Virus record (IMG/VR): IMGVR_UViG_3300023109_002988
Coordinates: 34,533-98,532 of that record
From: a virus
Reading direction: 5' to 3' (one strand)
DNA: 64,000 nucleotides
Shown: positions 50,301 to 58,876 of the stretch, one piece after another
Position numbering within the stretch: the first letter of the stretch is position 1
How the letters are laid out: the number at the start of each line of letters is the position of its first letter
Translations under genes and position numbers: made by a program
The notes under the pieces: model-generated
What the model was told of the DNA's origin: nothing
What the model saw: only the letters and a program-made list of their open reading frames with translations
Database searches by the model: none

Positions 50301-52239
50301 AAGGTCTTTTGTCGCTACTGCCCTCTTCTACGGCCAGTAGCCATTCATTCTCTCCAGTCTCCAAATTAATCGCCATCTTTGGTATTGTATTTGGCTCTGG
50401 AATACCTTTTCGTCCATCTGAATTACTCCTTGAGTTCTGCTCGCTTACAATTAAAGATCTCTGCCTTGGGTTGCCGTCCTTGTCTGTTTTATTACCGTCT
50501 GCATCAAAATTCCACAAAGACTGCATTCTCCTGTTTAAGTCTACATTAAAAGGGCCTAATAATCTTTTTTGTATATCTCTATCTAAATATATATTTTTAA
50601 AGAAACTCAGTGGCGTTTGTTGGTTGGGTCCTGATCCATCTCTATATTCAGCTAATACATTTAGAAAATTGTATTTTGTTGATCCTCCTCCAGTGATTTT
50701 AGGCATCTTAAAAACTCCAAGGCCTGTTACTTTATTGTAAAACTCAATTTCAGAATTAAGCATTGCGAAGCACTTTAATTGCCCTTCTGCTACCACTTTA
50801 GTGCTGGAGTTCACAGACGCTTTCGTTAATTCTCCGACTTTACTTTTGACCTCGGTGTTAATAAAATTCAAATAAAAACCTTTGATCTTTCCGTTCCATT
50901 TCCCTGTTTGGCTATCTAATACAGGTATCAACATATTTATAGAGTTTTTGTCTCTTGAGTACCAATCGTAATTGCCGCTATATTCCTCTAATATAAAATC
51001 AAGTTCGTTGGTTAGTGGCGTTCCATCTAATTCATTTGTGAATTCGTACTCATTAGCAGAAGTGTAACCGTCTAGTACATAACTAGAATCGTATTTAAAG
51101 GCTATGTAGGGCTTTGCTAATTCTTGCTGTGAAGTTGCATTGGAATTTTGTATTTCAAAGTCGGAGGCTCTTCCAAATTTATTTTTTACTTGTGTTATAA
51201 AGCTGGCCGAATTAAAGTTTCCAGAAGAAAGCTTAAACCCATAAGCCTCTAGTTTTTTCTTTAGATATTCCCACTCATAAGTGTTACCACGTTTATTGGC
51301 ATTTATATTTATAAGATCACTCAACCCAGTTCTAGCTACGGAATTACGCTGGATTTCTTTTCCTCCTTGTGTATATGGTTGCACACAAGTCGTATTTCCA
51401 TAACTATAAGGACTACAAACTCCATGTGAAAAAAACGATTTCCAAGTTCTAAATATTTCATCTTCAATATGAGACCATGATGGAGAATACTCCATAATTA
51501 GGGTTGGGTTTTTTATGCTTCCATCTATTAACGCTCTATAAGGACAGCTTTCATTATAAAATTTCTGACCTTGGGTAAGTGGCCACTCATACCTACCGCC
51601 TTGTGATGAGGATTTTGTCCACCTTTGATCTCCATATTTTTTAATCCCTAAGCTTTTGGTTTTTTCTTGTTTTCCTTTGTGGTAGTTCACCAAATTTGCT
51701 CTCACCCAATAAGACATTGGTTTCGAATTAGAAAAAGACAATCCAGATACACTTAATAAATTAAGATTAAAATAATATGTTTCATACTCTAGTATATTGT
51801 TGTACTTTCCATATCTATTCTTAACAACGCTCATAGTTGTTTCAAATGCCTGTTGTCTTCTTGGATTTTCGTAACTTAAAGATGTTATTTTTGCTATTTC
51901 CTTCAATCTAGCTATAATATCAGTCTCTACATCATGTCCCTCAAAAGACGATTCGCCTACTCTTATTTTCTCTGAAGAAACCGACTGCTCTATAGGCACA
52001 CCATTTAAATAAATGCCCTGCAACAACTGGCTGTTGTCGAGTCTAGACCCAAACCTATTGCAAAGTCCGTCTATTGGTCCTTGACATATTAAATCTACTG
52101 CTTCCGAAAACTGATAAGAAGCTCCTAGCTTATAAGAACCAACTCTTGGAGGTGTCAATACTGGTGGTTTCGGAGGAGGTGGTTTGCCACCGCCTTTTTT
52201 TGATCCAGCGTAAGTGAATTTTTTATTTAAATGTTTCAT
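47392..52239 (-). CDS. Tail tip / host-specificity protein (lambda gpJ-like)
   Basis: DLICQGPIDGL, IYLNGVP, YPFSALVG, P.RSY, WDGTFK..WTDNPAWILYDLLT..GLG, GVTSRAQARR, RPGDLI and C-terminal FnIII. Confidence 0.9.
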   Translation of the reverse strand: MKHLNKKFTYAGSKKGGGKPPPPKPPVLTPPRVGSYKLGASYQFSEAVDLICQGPIDGLCNRFGSRLDNSQLLQGIYLNGVPIEQSVSSEKIRVGESSFEGHDVETDIIARLKEIAKITSLSYENPRRQQAFETTMSVVKNRYGKYNNILEYETYYFNLNLLSVSGLSFSNSKPMSYWVRANLVNYHKGKQEKTKSLGIKKYGDQRWTKSSSQGGRYEWPLTQGQKFYNESCPYRALIDGSIKNPTLIMEYSPSWSHIEDEIFRTWKSFFSHGVCSPYSYGNTTCVQPYTQGGKEIQRNSVARTGLSDLININANKRGNTYEWEYLKKKLEAYGFKLSSGNFNSASFITQVKNKFGRASDFEIQNSNATSQQELAKPYIAFKYDSSYVLDGYTSANEYEFTNELDGTPLTNELDFILEEYSGNYDWYSRDKNSINMLIPVLDSQTGKWNGKIKGFYLNFINTEVKSKVGELTKASVNSSTKVVAEGQLKCFAMLNSEIEFYNKVTGLGVFKMPKITGGGSTKYNFLNVLAEYRDGSGPNQQTPLSFFKNIYLDRDIQKRLLGPFNVDLNRRMQSLWNFDADGNKTDKDGNPRQRSLIVSEQNSRSNSDGRKGIPEPNTIPKMAINLETGENEWLLAVEEGSSDKRPSSPQHLGFRSFNFSDWNSFKQDYNEKAQPVTHVIYNPNVESCYITLNIEGLWDTIHVDEKSWDKSKIVGSKMPTIVNFRVEVGYIAPQNSSAKGQFVKSYDRFFRVLSLIEGGAAVDIGNPDNINNKSQLSYVKQLYNDKNGNESEFSGSVIESFELPDPQVSQKYGFEQIFRERYIKVTKLSTESNSTLIQKTANLAKVTEIVPRTLNYPFSALVGTKLDSRTFGEIPSRSYDVRMKKVKIPSNYTPLNPGGTDKRYWLSAEDLENAGKSDQTRVYDGDWDGTFKLGWTDNPAWILYDLLTDYQIGLGDLIEQNQINKWQLYKIGRFCDAVDVNGYFEGVSDNIVQVNAAKGGRQPRYTCNTLFQRDIKVFDALNLVASNFKGLFYFTDSVVSFSDDRIKEPVMVFNNTNVVEGVFNYSALLKDEQYNALEVGYNDAEDDYQPKVEYLENEQDIRERGIIKTKIDAFGVTSRAQARRFGSHLLYKATQENENVSFSTGLEGILVRPGDLIIIEDELKTLTSNFGRVLGVNQENNSIRISDFYDDDNFEGYLTVYIPTGTQQIEDIEEILLQDRSRHDFFTLFNTPSAFEGKRLDGYYEFDSYQEGFRDKKLEGLNTKVLRDEYPFYTGEENGTKHFLWYSTQYTGWVFSTGEAFTHSTTYDKYISATSGETNGEWADDFADYDNSDLNYNWYRFTTVGDGRNTAESFNLSDKWLDLRETQGAIVDDDIKINETKQIKDIKIASGVAANEDSIGYTLYVDQNDESSIFTPLIPKGSIYRFKRKDTSDRVYKVTTINEEDSHSYEVIASQYKSGKYREIEETNFSDQSVYVNPYSEDYQVDQSKYFTLNTPDRVTWTARNISVLGGNTTVTIEGTWRNVKNATGYRLGIRPAFELDYTYYDTQETSFDFEEITANGQYRLSLQALGAEFDNNDYYTHYLDSPIYYTNLNIDSLQEDTVIEGAVLDGIIIN

Positions 52240-52242
52240 TTC

Positions 52243-52899
52243 TTATTGTGGAGCTGACACCTCGGATGGAGCTTCAGATTTAGTATTGTCATTTCTGTAA
52301 GAATTTGACTGCATCGCTTGTAAAGGAAGCACGTTTTGTGGGTATGTCTTTACTGTACCCTGAATAACTTGAGAGCCCACTCTCAACCTACCGTAACCAA
52401 CAGGGACGGCTACCCCTTGAGCCGCTACATTAGCTCTATTAGCAAAAGCAAAGGATTTAGTTAATGCAGTTACTGATTGTTCTGCTGCTACAGCATCTGG
52501 AAAATCTGGTTTGGGGGCTAGCAATAAAGATAGTCCAGTAGAAAGAAAAATACCACCAACAATACCTAAAGCTGCACCTATAGTTCCTCCAACTATACCA
52601 CCAGCTATCAATCCAGCAGCTCCAACTACAGCTGCGACAACGCCTTGGCCACAAACTATAGGAACAAAGTCTATTCTCTTTGGTCTTTTATCCCCCAGGC
52701 TTTTTTTATCCATTACTGTTTTACCATCCACAACTAAGCAGTAGTTTAAACCCATTTGAGAAAGACTATTTAGTTTTTTTAAAAATCCAGATTTATTACA
52801 ATCTATAGCGTCAATTAGCGTGTGGATATTATCCAGACTTAAATTTAACTCTTCTCCGAATTCTTTAGCTAAGATTCCATGTAGTTTTATATTAGTCAT
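52243..52899 (-). CDS. Tail assembly protein (lambda gpI-like)
   Basis: IKLHGILAKEFG, IDFVP..G, Gly/Ala-rich hydrophobic segment, QGVAVPVGYGRLRVGS. Confidence 0.88.
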   Translation of the reverse strand: MTNIKLHGILAKEFGEELNLSLDNIHTLIDAIDCNKSGFLKKLNSLSQMGLNYCLVVDGKTVMDKKSLGDKRPKRIDFVPIVCGQGVVAAVVGAAGLIAGGIVGGTIGAALGIVGGIFLSTGLSLLLAPKPDFPDAVAAEQSVTALTKSFAFANRANVAAQGVAVPVGYGRLRVGSQVIQGTVKTYPQNVLPLQAMQSNSYRNDNTKSEAPSEVSAPQ

Positions 52900-53317
52900 C
52901 TATTGAAATGTTATGTTTTATTACCTCGTTCTCAAATTTTTCAAGCAGATCCAATTCCGTCTCTGGTTTGCTTGGTTTGTGAATATAGTATTTTTTTGTG
53001 TTTAATGAATAAATAGAAAATGGCACACAACTATTTTCCGACATAGAAATATCAAAATCTGAAGGTTTTTCATCTCCCACTAAATGACTATGAAAAATAG
53101 TTATCACTTTATACTTTTCTTTAAACATTAAATACTGCAAAGGGTCTAGTACAAAATTATTTCTAGGATCATTAGCTATATTTTTCCCTTCTTGAAATAT
53201 ATATTCTTCATTGTCAAATCCTACTAATCCGCAAACTTCGTTTATCAAAGAGCCTTCACAAAAATCAGAGATTTCTTTTAAGGATTCTTTTGTGTTTTTT
53301 AATCTTTTGGTTTTCAT
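52892..53317 (-). CDS. JAB/MPN domain tail assembly protein (gpK N-terminal-like)
   Basis: EVCGL..IFHSH..PSDFD. Confidence 0.85.
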   Translation of the reverse strand: MKTKRLKNTKESLKEISDFCEGSLINEVCGLVGFDNEEYIFQEGKNIANDPRNNFVLDPLQYLMFKEKYKVITIFHSHLVGDEKPSDFDISMSENSCVPFSIYSLNTKKYYIHKPSKPETELDLLEKFENEVIKHNISIDD

Positions 53318-53330
53318 TTTTTCTAATTAA

Positions 53331-55748
53331 TTAACCTTGGAATCTATATCCATCTGTACCAGGAAAACCTCCAAAAGGAAGAGTTCCAAACTCTCCTTCC
53401 ACAAGTGTTTCTTTACCAACATTTGGGGTTCTTGTTTTTAAGAATTGCAAATCTAAAAAATCGTAACCCGCTTTTGTGTAGGGTTGTGTCTTTTGTCCAC
53501 CTCCAAAAGGATAATTTGAATCCTTATACATCAAATCGTTTCCGTTTTTATGATCTTTAACATAAAAGTTTCCGTCTTGTGCGAATGGTTCTTGCCAAAA
53601 ATGATTGCATGCTTTCAAAAGATCTCCGTTGGCGGCTTCATCTTCTTTAACTATCTCGTCCCATGTTTTTATCAATTCTACAGCATAGGTAGCACCCTCT
53701 TCGGTTGTGTTTTGTTCTGTCTTTAGTTTATTAATTTGACCGTTAGTTAAAGATTCTGTCCAAAAGCCCATCGAAGCTACCTCAATATCTTGTTGCGACC
53801 ACTTCTTTTCGTATCTTGTCGGTTCATCTGTAAACCTATTTATATCTGTGGGTAATAAACCAGAAGCGTCAACTACAGGCATGTTTGTAGTTCCTCCAAA
53901 AAACACAAAACGATCAGTGTCAGTTGTAATCATGTTTTTTATGTAAAACGTGCTTTGGGACTCTATAAAAACAGATTCCTTTTCTTCGTTATTAGGGTAA
54001 GTCAAGCAAGACCAATTAGCCCTGATTCTTGCCCTTGAATTTGCGGTTCCATCTACTGAATACTTATCTTTTCTCAAAGTAAGAACAAAGTTTTTGCTGT
54101 TTTTTACGTCATAGCCTCCTTCAGGTAGAGTTGGTAAGCCGTTTCTATTTTGAACTCTAAAATAATCACCTTCTTCATTAACACCTACAAGTTTAATCCT
54201 GTGTGTTTTTTCTGCGCAATCACTTTGATCACCGTATGGAGCGTGTGTTTTAAATTCTATATATGGTTCTTTTTGTAACCCCAGAACAAACTGACTGTGA
54301 TTAGTTGAGTAGCCGACAGTCTCTTTTGATGTTTTAAATATGATTTGATCTACGTCTTCTTGTCTCAGCTCTTCTTCTTCTGCTTGAGGATAGAAATCAT
54401 AACGTTGAGGATCTCCTAGGTATTCTATGTCCAACATGAAGGTAAACTCTTTATAAAGGTCTGAGACATTAGCACTCAGCCATTGACTATCTCTAGTTGC
54501 TACGCAATCGATATTGCTTGATCTGGTTTCAGGAAAGGCGTTTTCATAAAGCGTTGAATTATAATTTACAGTTTGATTGTCGAGATGCCTATAACCCCAC
54601 CCATTTTTATTGTATTTAAAAAGGCTTTTTGTGTATTCTGCTAGGTCTGTATAATTACTTTTTAATTTAAGATAGCCTTGGTGGACGTTCTCTTCGTAAC
54701 CTTGAATGTTCCACATTTGCTGCTCGTAAACCTCAGTCTCCAGAAATATTTTCTGCGACGAACGTCTTGCAAATCTTTTTTTGCATTGATGTAACTTCTT
54801 TCCGCAACCATCCTTGTCCCAAAATTCTGGATTATTCCTAGGGTCTATGCCAGGTCTTGCATATTTTCTGCATACAAAATAAGTTAAAGAAGATCTAAAT
54901 ATATTTGGATTTCTTACGTCTTGTATTCTAACCCTATCATTTACAATATAAACCAAATGTCCTGGGTGGTAAGCTTTTTGAGCATTATAAAGATCGTTTG
55001 GGTTAGAAAATATAAATTCTTCTCCGTATTCCTCCATTCCTATAAAGCTTCTGTCTTGCGTTATTGCTTTTTTTCTATCTGAAAGGTTGGGTCTTATTAT
55101 CTCCTCATTGGATCTACTACCAATATCTTTACCAAAAGTGAAAGGTTTGCCATCTTCTCTCTCCACCGCTATACCTTTGTAATCACACCCAGACCCTCTG
55201 TAATTCCAAGAGCAGTATTTGGCTAGCACCTTTCTGTTGGTTAGGTCCCTTGACTCTATATCCAACGGGGATGTCAACTCTAGCTCTACAAATACTTTAT
55301 TCTCTTGCCTTTTTTGAGAAACAAAATAAATGTCTACAGAAATCTCAGCTTTCGGGTCTGATTCTCCCCAAGGATTTCCGTTGTCAAAGTTCTCTTCGTC
55401 AAGAAATTTCAAAAAAGTCCTGCGTCTTTCTACTTTTGCGTTCCTAAAGTCTTCGTTATTAGATAACAGGTTTGTCAAAAGTAAATCCTTATTTGAAATT
55501 CTTATTATAGGTCTATTAGGTTTTCCGCTTGAGTTTATTGAAAACCCTTCTACCTCCATTGGTATAGGGCTATACAATTCACCCTGCCAATAGACACCTC
55601 CTCCAAATACAGATCCGTTGTGTACGTTTAAATAACTCTTTGGCTTTGTTACTGTGTTTGGGTATATTCTGTAAAAATCTATAACAGCTGTAGGCTCCAT
55701 ATCGAAGACAGCTTTTGTTACTTTATCCCTAGACCTTTCTAATCCCAT
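53331..55748 (-). CDS. Minor tail protein L-like, with large C-terminal insertion
   Basis: YSPIPMEVEGF..RP.IRISN, RRRTFLKFLD.ENF, ELTSPLD, CSWNYRGSGC, DGCGK..CKKRF and terminal LPFGGFPG. Confidence 0.88.
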   Translation of the reverse strand: MGLERSRDKVTKAVFDMEPTAVIDFYRIYPNTVTKPKSYLNVHNGSVFGGGVYWQGELYSPIPMEVEGFSINSSGKPNRPIIRISNKDLLLTNLLSNNEDFRNAKVERRRTFLKFLDEENFDNGNPWGESDPKAEISVDIYFVSQKRQENKVFVELELTSPLDIESRDLTNRKVLAKYCSWNYRGSGCDYKGIAVEREDGKPFTFGKDIGSRSNEEIIRPNLSDRKKAITQDRSFIGMEEYGEEFIFSNPNDLYNAQKAYHPGHLVYIVNDRVRIQDVRNPNIFRSSLTYFVCRKYARPGIDPRNNPEFWDKDGCGKKLHQCKKRFARRSSQKIFLETEVYEQQMWNIQGYEENVHQGYLKLKSNYTDLAEYTKSLFKYNKNGWGYRHLDNQTVNYNSTLYENAFPETRSSNIDCVATRDSQWLSANVSDLYKEFTFMLDIEYLGDPQRYDFYPQAEEEELRQEDVDQIIFKTSKETVGYSTNHSQFVLGLQKEPYIEFKTHAPYGDQSDCAEKTHRIKLVGVNEEGDYFRVQNRNGLPTLPEGGYDVKNSKNFVLTLRKDKYSVDGTANSRARIRANWSCLTYPNNEEKESVFIESQSTFYIKNMITTDTDRFVFFGGTTNMPVVDASGLLPTDINRFTDEPTRYEKKWSQQDIEVASMGFWTESLTNGQINKLKTEQNTTEEGATYAVELIKTWDEIVKEDEAANGDLLKACNHFWQEPFAQDGNFYVKDHKNGNDLMYKDSNYPFGGGQKTQPYTKAGYDFLDLQFLKTRTPNVGKETLVEGEFGTLPFGGFPGTDGYRFQG

Positions 55749-55764
55749 ACTATATACGTTACAC
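55749..55764 (-). promoter_or_regulatory. GTGTA motif heading the tail-tip operon
   Basis: GTGTA-acgtatatagt-ATG. Confidence 0.55.
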
Positions 55765-55847
55765 TATTTTTTATATAGTATAATCTAAAAGCTCTTTTTA
55801 AAAAAAATAAATGGATTTTATGCATTTTTTAACTAATATAATCTTAA

Positions 55848-56057
55848 ATGAAGAACATCATCTATAGAGTCAAAGATAAAAAAGGTAAGTATCAGCAAAG
55901 TTATTCAGCCTCACTTCCCGATTCGTATTCCTGGGCAAAGTCATGCGCTGAATTGACAAATGGTCAAGTTTACGAAGACAAGCTAAACGATTTCGGCTTG
56001 ACAGAATCCTCAATTAAAATTTTCCCCAAGAATACCGATGAAAATAAAAAAGATTGA
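55848..56057 (+). CDS. Hypothetical protein
   Basis: First ORF of a divergent cluster. Confidence 0.55.
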   Translation: MKNIIYRVKDKKGKYQQSYSASLPDSYSWAKSCAELTNGQVYEDKLNDFGLTESSIKIFPKNTDENKKD

Positions 56058-56589
56058 CCTTCAAGATGATGAATTTAAAGAAATCTTAAGACTCTATTTA
56101 GTAGAGTCTCAACCTTACAAGGGTTTCTCATCTTCTTTTTCTAATATATACATCAATGACCGCTTAGAAAAATACATTGAAAGCGATCTTTGTAAAAGTG
56201 ACTTCTCTTCCTGTTTTGTTTCTGACGAAGGGGAGAGTTTGTTTTTTCTATTTTGTAAAAAGAACGAACAAAAAAACAGCTTAGAAATAATATTTCCATT
56301 TCCAAATATTAACTTTTTCTCTTGGCAGTCTTTCACAAAATGGCCCTTTGCTTTTTGTCACCTAATGTTAGACCAACTTAAAAAGTCTGGACTGGATAGA
56401 GCTTACGGTACGATAGAGAGAAAAAACAAAAAATCCAACTACGAAAGAGCTCTGATGAGGTTTGGTCATAAAATGTTTGAAATTCAAGAAAACGAAGGCG
56501 ATAGATTTAAAAAAGTTGTAATCAAAAAAGAAAACCTAATAAAAGCCCACAAAAAGCTCTTGGCTTTATACAAAAGACAGGAAAGATGA
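56038..56589 (+). CDS. Hypothetical protein, paralogue of the next ORF; possible degenerate GNAT fold
   Basis: Shared KKID..D.EF..I..Y..S.PY, DL..SD, FPN and YG.IER..KK.NY. Confidence 0.6.
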   Translation: MKIKKIDLQDDEFKEILRLYLVESQPYKGFSSSFSNIYINDRLEKYIESDLCKSDFSSCFVSDEGESLFFLFCKKNEQKNSLEIIFPFPNINFFSWQSFTKWPFAFCHLMLDQLKKSGLDRAYGTIERKNKKSNYERALMRFGHKMFEIQENEGDRFKKVVIKKENLIKAHKKLLALYKRQER

Positions 56590-57146
56590 AGCACTTACAT
56601 TTAATATTTAAAAAAATAGATTATGATGATAAGGAATTTCAAAAAATCTTTTCTTTTTACTATTTAAATTCTTTTCCATATGGAGATGCGGACTCAATGA
56701 AGACAATATCTTCTAGGGTTGAAGGTTCAAAAGCCCTCCTGGAGGATCTTAGGTCTAGCGATTTAAGTTTATGCGTTATGGATGATGATGATTATATGTT
56801 TTTTACTTTCTTCAAAAAAGAAAAAGACGGAATAAATCTTAGCTATGCTTTTCCTAATCAGCTTACAAGAAGGCTTGGAACTTTATATATATGTCTTTGT
56901 TTTTACAAACAAATGCTTGAAGCCTTTGATTATTTTGGTGTAAATGAAATATACGGAGATATAGAGAGGGTTTTTAAAAAAGCCAACTATAGAAATTGGC
57001 TCAAAAGACATCTAAAAGTAAGATACGAGGACAATAAAGATGGCGGTATAGATAGATGTTACTTCCCAAAAAAAGAAATCAAAGAACATTATGAAGAGCT
57101 GCAGATTAAAAATAATAGGAACAAACTCGACAACAAAACATCTTGA
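56586..57146 (+). CDS. Hypothetical protein, paralogue of the previous ORF
   Basis: Same shared motifs as 56038-56589; ATGA overlap. Confidence 0.6.
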   Translation: MKHLHLIFKKIDYDDKEFQKIFSFYYLNSFPYGDADSMKTISSRVEGSKALLEDLRSSDLSLCVMDDDDYMFFTFFKKEKDGINLSYAFPNQLTRRLGTLYICLCFYKQMLEAFDYFGVNEIYGDIERVFKKANYRNWLKRHLKVRYEDNKDGGIDRCYFPKKEIKEHYEELQIKNNRNKLDNKTS

Positions 57147-57339
57147 TGGTCTGCTCGTTGAGCTGGATGATTTTGTTTTCAGCCAAAAACCTCAAGTATT
57201 GCCTTTCGAAATAAGCGGTGAAAAACATTTGTTTGATTTAAAAACTGTTACATTTTGCGGTAATGGTGTTTTGCTTTCTGGTTTTGTATCAGATGAAAAG
57301 AACAATGTCGGTAGAATCTCGTTGAAATATTTGCCATAG
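57091..57339 (+). CDS. Hypothetical protein
   Basis: 82 aa ORF continuing the cluster. Confidence 0.5.
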   Translation: MKSCRLKIIGTNSTTKHLDGLLVELDDFVFSQKPQVLPFEISGEKHLFDLKTVTFCGNGVLLSGFVSDEKNNVGRISLKYLP

Positions 57340-57350
57340 TAGGGTTTTTT

Positions 57351-57364
57351 GTGTATGTATTGAT
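57351..57364 (+). promoter_or_regulatory. GTGTA motif heading the structural/LRR cluster
   Basis: GTGTA-tgtattgat-ATG. Confidence 0.55.
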
Positions 57365-57613
57365 ATGTCAACTTCAACACAATCAAGTCTTTTAAAGCAA
57401 GTAGGTCATTATGGTGGTGAGAGGGTTACTGATAGCACTGTAAACGGAAAGTTTATGGCTATTCATGCCCTCACCGAATGTGTAATCGGCCCTGCAACAG
57501 TAGGTAGCATATCAGGTTTTGTAGGAGCTACGCTTCCTCTTGGTGATGTAATTGTGGGCCGCTGGTCTTCATTAGAAATCTCTGGCGATGCTATCGTTTA
57601 TTACGAAGATTAA
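57365..57613 (+). CDS. Small beta-rich putative virion protein
   Basis: F.AI..L..TLP.G..I.G.W....I.G..IVY pattern. Confidence 0.55.
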   Translation: MSTSTQSSLLKQVGHYGGERVTDSTVNGKFMAIHALTECVIGPATVGSISGFVGATLPLGDVIVGRWSSLEISGDAIVYYED

Positions 57614-57615
57614 AT

Positions 57616-57753
57616 ATGAAACTTATAAATATAGGAGGTTTAAATTTAATTCGCTCTTCCTTTAAGAGGGCGGTCGTGGCAGTTACTTGTTGTACAGCAT
57701 TATGGAAAGATTCTGTATTGTGGAAAGATTCTTGTTTGTGGATTGAAGAATAA
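57616..57753 (+). CDS. 45 aa protein with WKDS repeats (not in ORF track)
   Basis: MKLINIGGLNL..LWKDSVLWKDSCLWIEE; fills the gap between neighbours. Confidence 0.5.
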   Translation: MKLINIGGLNLIRSSFKRAVVAVTCCTALWKDSVLWKDSCLWIEE

Positions 57754-57761
57754 TATAAAAT

Positions 57762-58055
57762 ATGAGCTTATTAAATGAAGAACCAAATCAAACCACTGAA
57801 GCTCAGAAAAAAGCATCAAGGATTAGATACATAAACCTAGCAATAATTAAAGAAATAACAAGATTCTGGAACGAAAGCAACGATTTAATATGGAAAGATC
57901 AAAACCCTCAAAACATTCTTAATGAATTAGGGGAGGATGCAGATGAAATCTTAGAAATAGATGAAGAAATATTAAACTTGCTCTCAAACATACTTGGCGG
58001 TCGTAGGCAATCAGAACTCGATTCTCTTTTAGCTAAGAAATCTCAAAGACAATAA
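57762..58055 (+). CDS. Hypothetical helical protein
   Basis: 97 aa ORF in the operon. Confidence 0.55.
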   Translation: MSLLNEEPNQTTEAQKKASRIRYINLAIIKEITRFWNESNDLIWKDQNPQNILNELGEDADEILEIDEEILNLLSNILGGRRQSELDSLLAKKSQRQ

Positions 58056-58066
58056 AAATTTAAATC

Positions 58067-58876
58067 ATGGCACTCAATACTTTCATACCTACAAGCGGAT
58101 CAACTCACTTAACGTTCCGCAATAATTACAATACAAATATCACAGAGATCGAGACTCGAATATCTGGTCTTGAGGTTTTTAGTGGGGATTTATCACAATA
58201 CTCCTTAACTGGTCATCAGCACGTAGTTGATGACGTTTCTGGTCTTGGGACAATGGCTACCGAAAGTAGTGGTGATTATTCTCCAACTGGTCATACTCAC
58301 TCTGAATACGCTGCTACAAGCCATACTCACTCTGAATACGCTGCTACAAGCCATACTCACTCTGAATACGCTGCTACAAGCCATACTCACACTGTAACAG
58401 ATATTAATTCTGCTGTTGCCCCAAGTGGTTATGTTATTACCGCAGATGGTGGTGGAAATTCAACCTGGGAAGAATCTCAGGGCGGTGGTGGGTCCGCTAA
58501 ATTTAGCGTTGTTACTGTAACTACTGCAACTTATACCCAAATCCCACAACACACTCATCACCTTTATGACGATACAGGTCTTGGTGGTGGAGAAAGCGGT
58601 AGTGGTAGCGGTAGCGGTAGTGGTAGCGGTAGTGGTAGTGGTAGTGGCGGCGCAGAACCTTGTATTGTTGTTGATCTTCTCGACCCAACATTACATGAAG
58701 CTATAACTGTTCACAAAAAGATAGGTAACGATTGCGATGTTTTGCTTCTTCCTCCTAGTGGTTGCACTATTGACGGTGTTGTAAGTGATGGATTGGTTAG
58801 TGGATACAATCTTTCCAGCCAGAATGAATCTATTTCAATATTCAGCGATGGTGTATCTGGATACTACATACAATAA
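58067..58876 (+). CDS. Tail-fibre-like protein with HxH repeats and an (SG)9 tract
   Basis: Coiled-coil N-terminus, HQH/HTH motifs, SGYVITADGGG..W fibre motif and SG run. Confidence 0.65.
   Translation: MALNTFIPTSGSTHLTFRNNYNTNITEIETRISGLEVFSGDLSQYSLTGHQHVVDDVSGLGTMATESSGDYSPTGHTHSEYAATSHTHSEYAATSHTHSEYAATSHTHTVTDINSAVAPSGYVITADGGGNSTWEESQGGGGSAKFSVVTVTTATYTQIPQHTHHLYDDTGLGGGESGSGSGSGSGSGSGSGSGGAEPCIVVDLLDPTLHEAITVHKKIGNDCDVLLLPPSGCTIDGVVSDGLVSGYNLSSQNESISIFSDGVSGYYIQ
58292..58390 (+). repeat. Perfect 30 bp tandem repeat, 3.3 copies (HTHSEYAATS)
   Basis: catactcactctgaatacgctgctacaagc repeated. Confidence 0.95.
58595..58648 (+). repeat. (AGYGGY)9 encoding (Ser-Gly)9
   Basis: Mixed AGC/AGT codons. 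Confidence 0.95.

Noticed and set aside
58292-58390. 30 bp repeats as a CRISPR array
   Set aside because: Head-to-tail with no spacers, in frame within a CDS, and no cas genes nearby.
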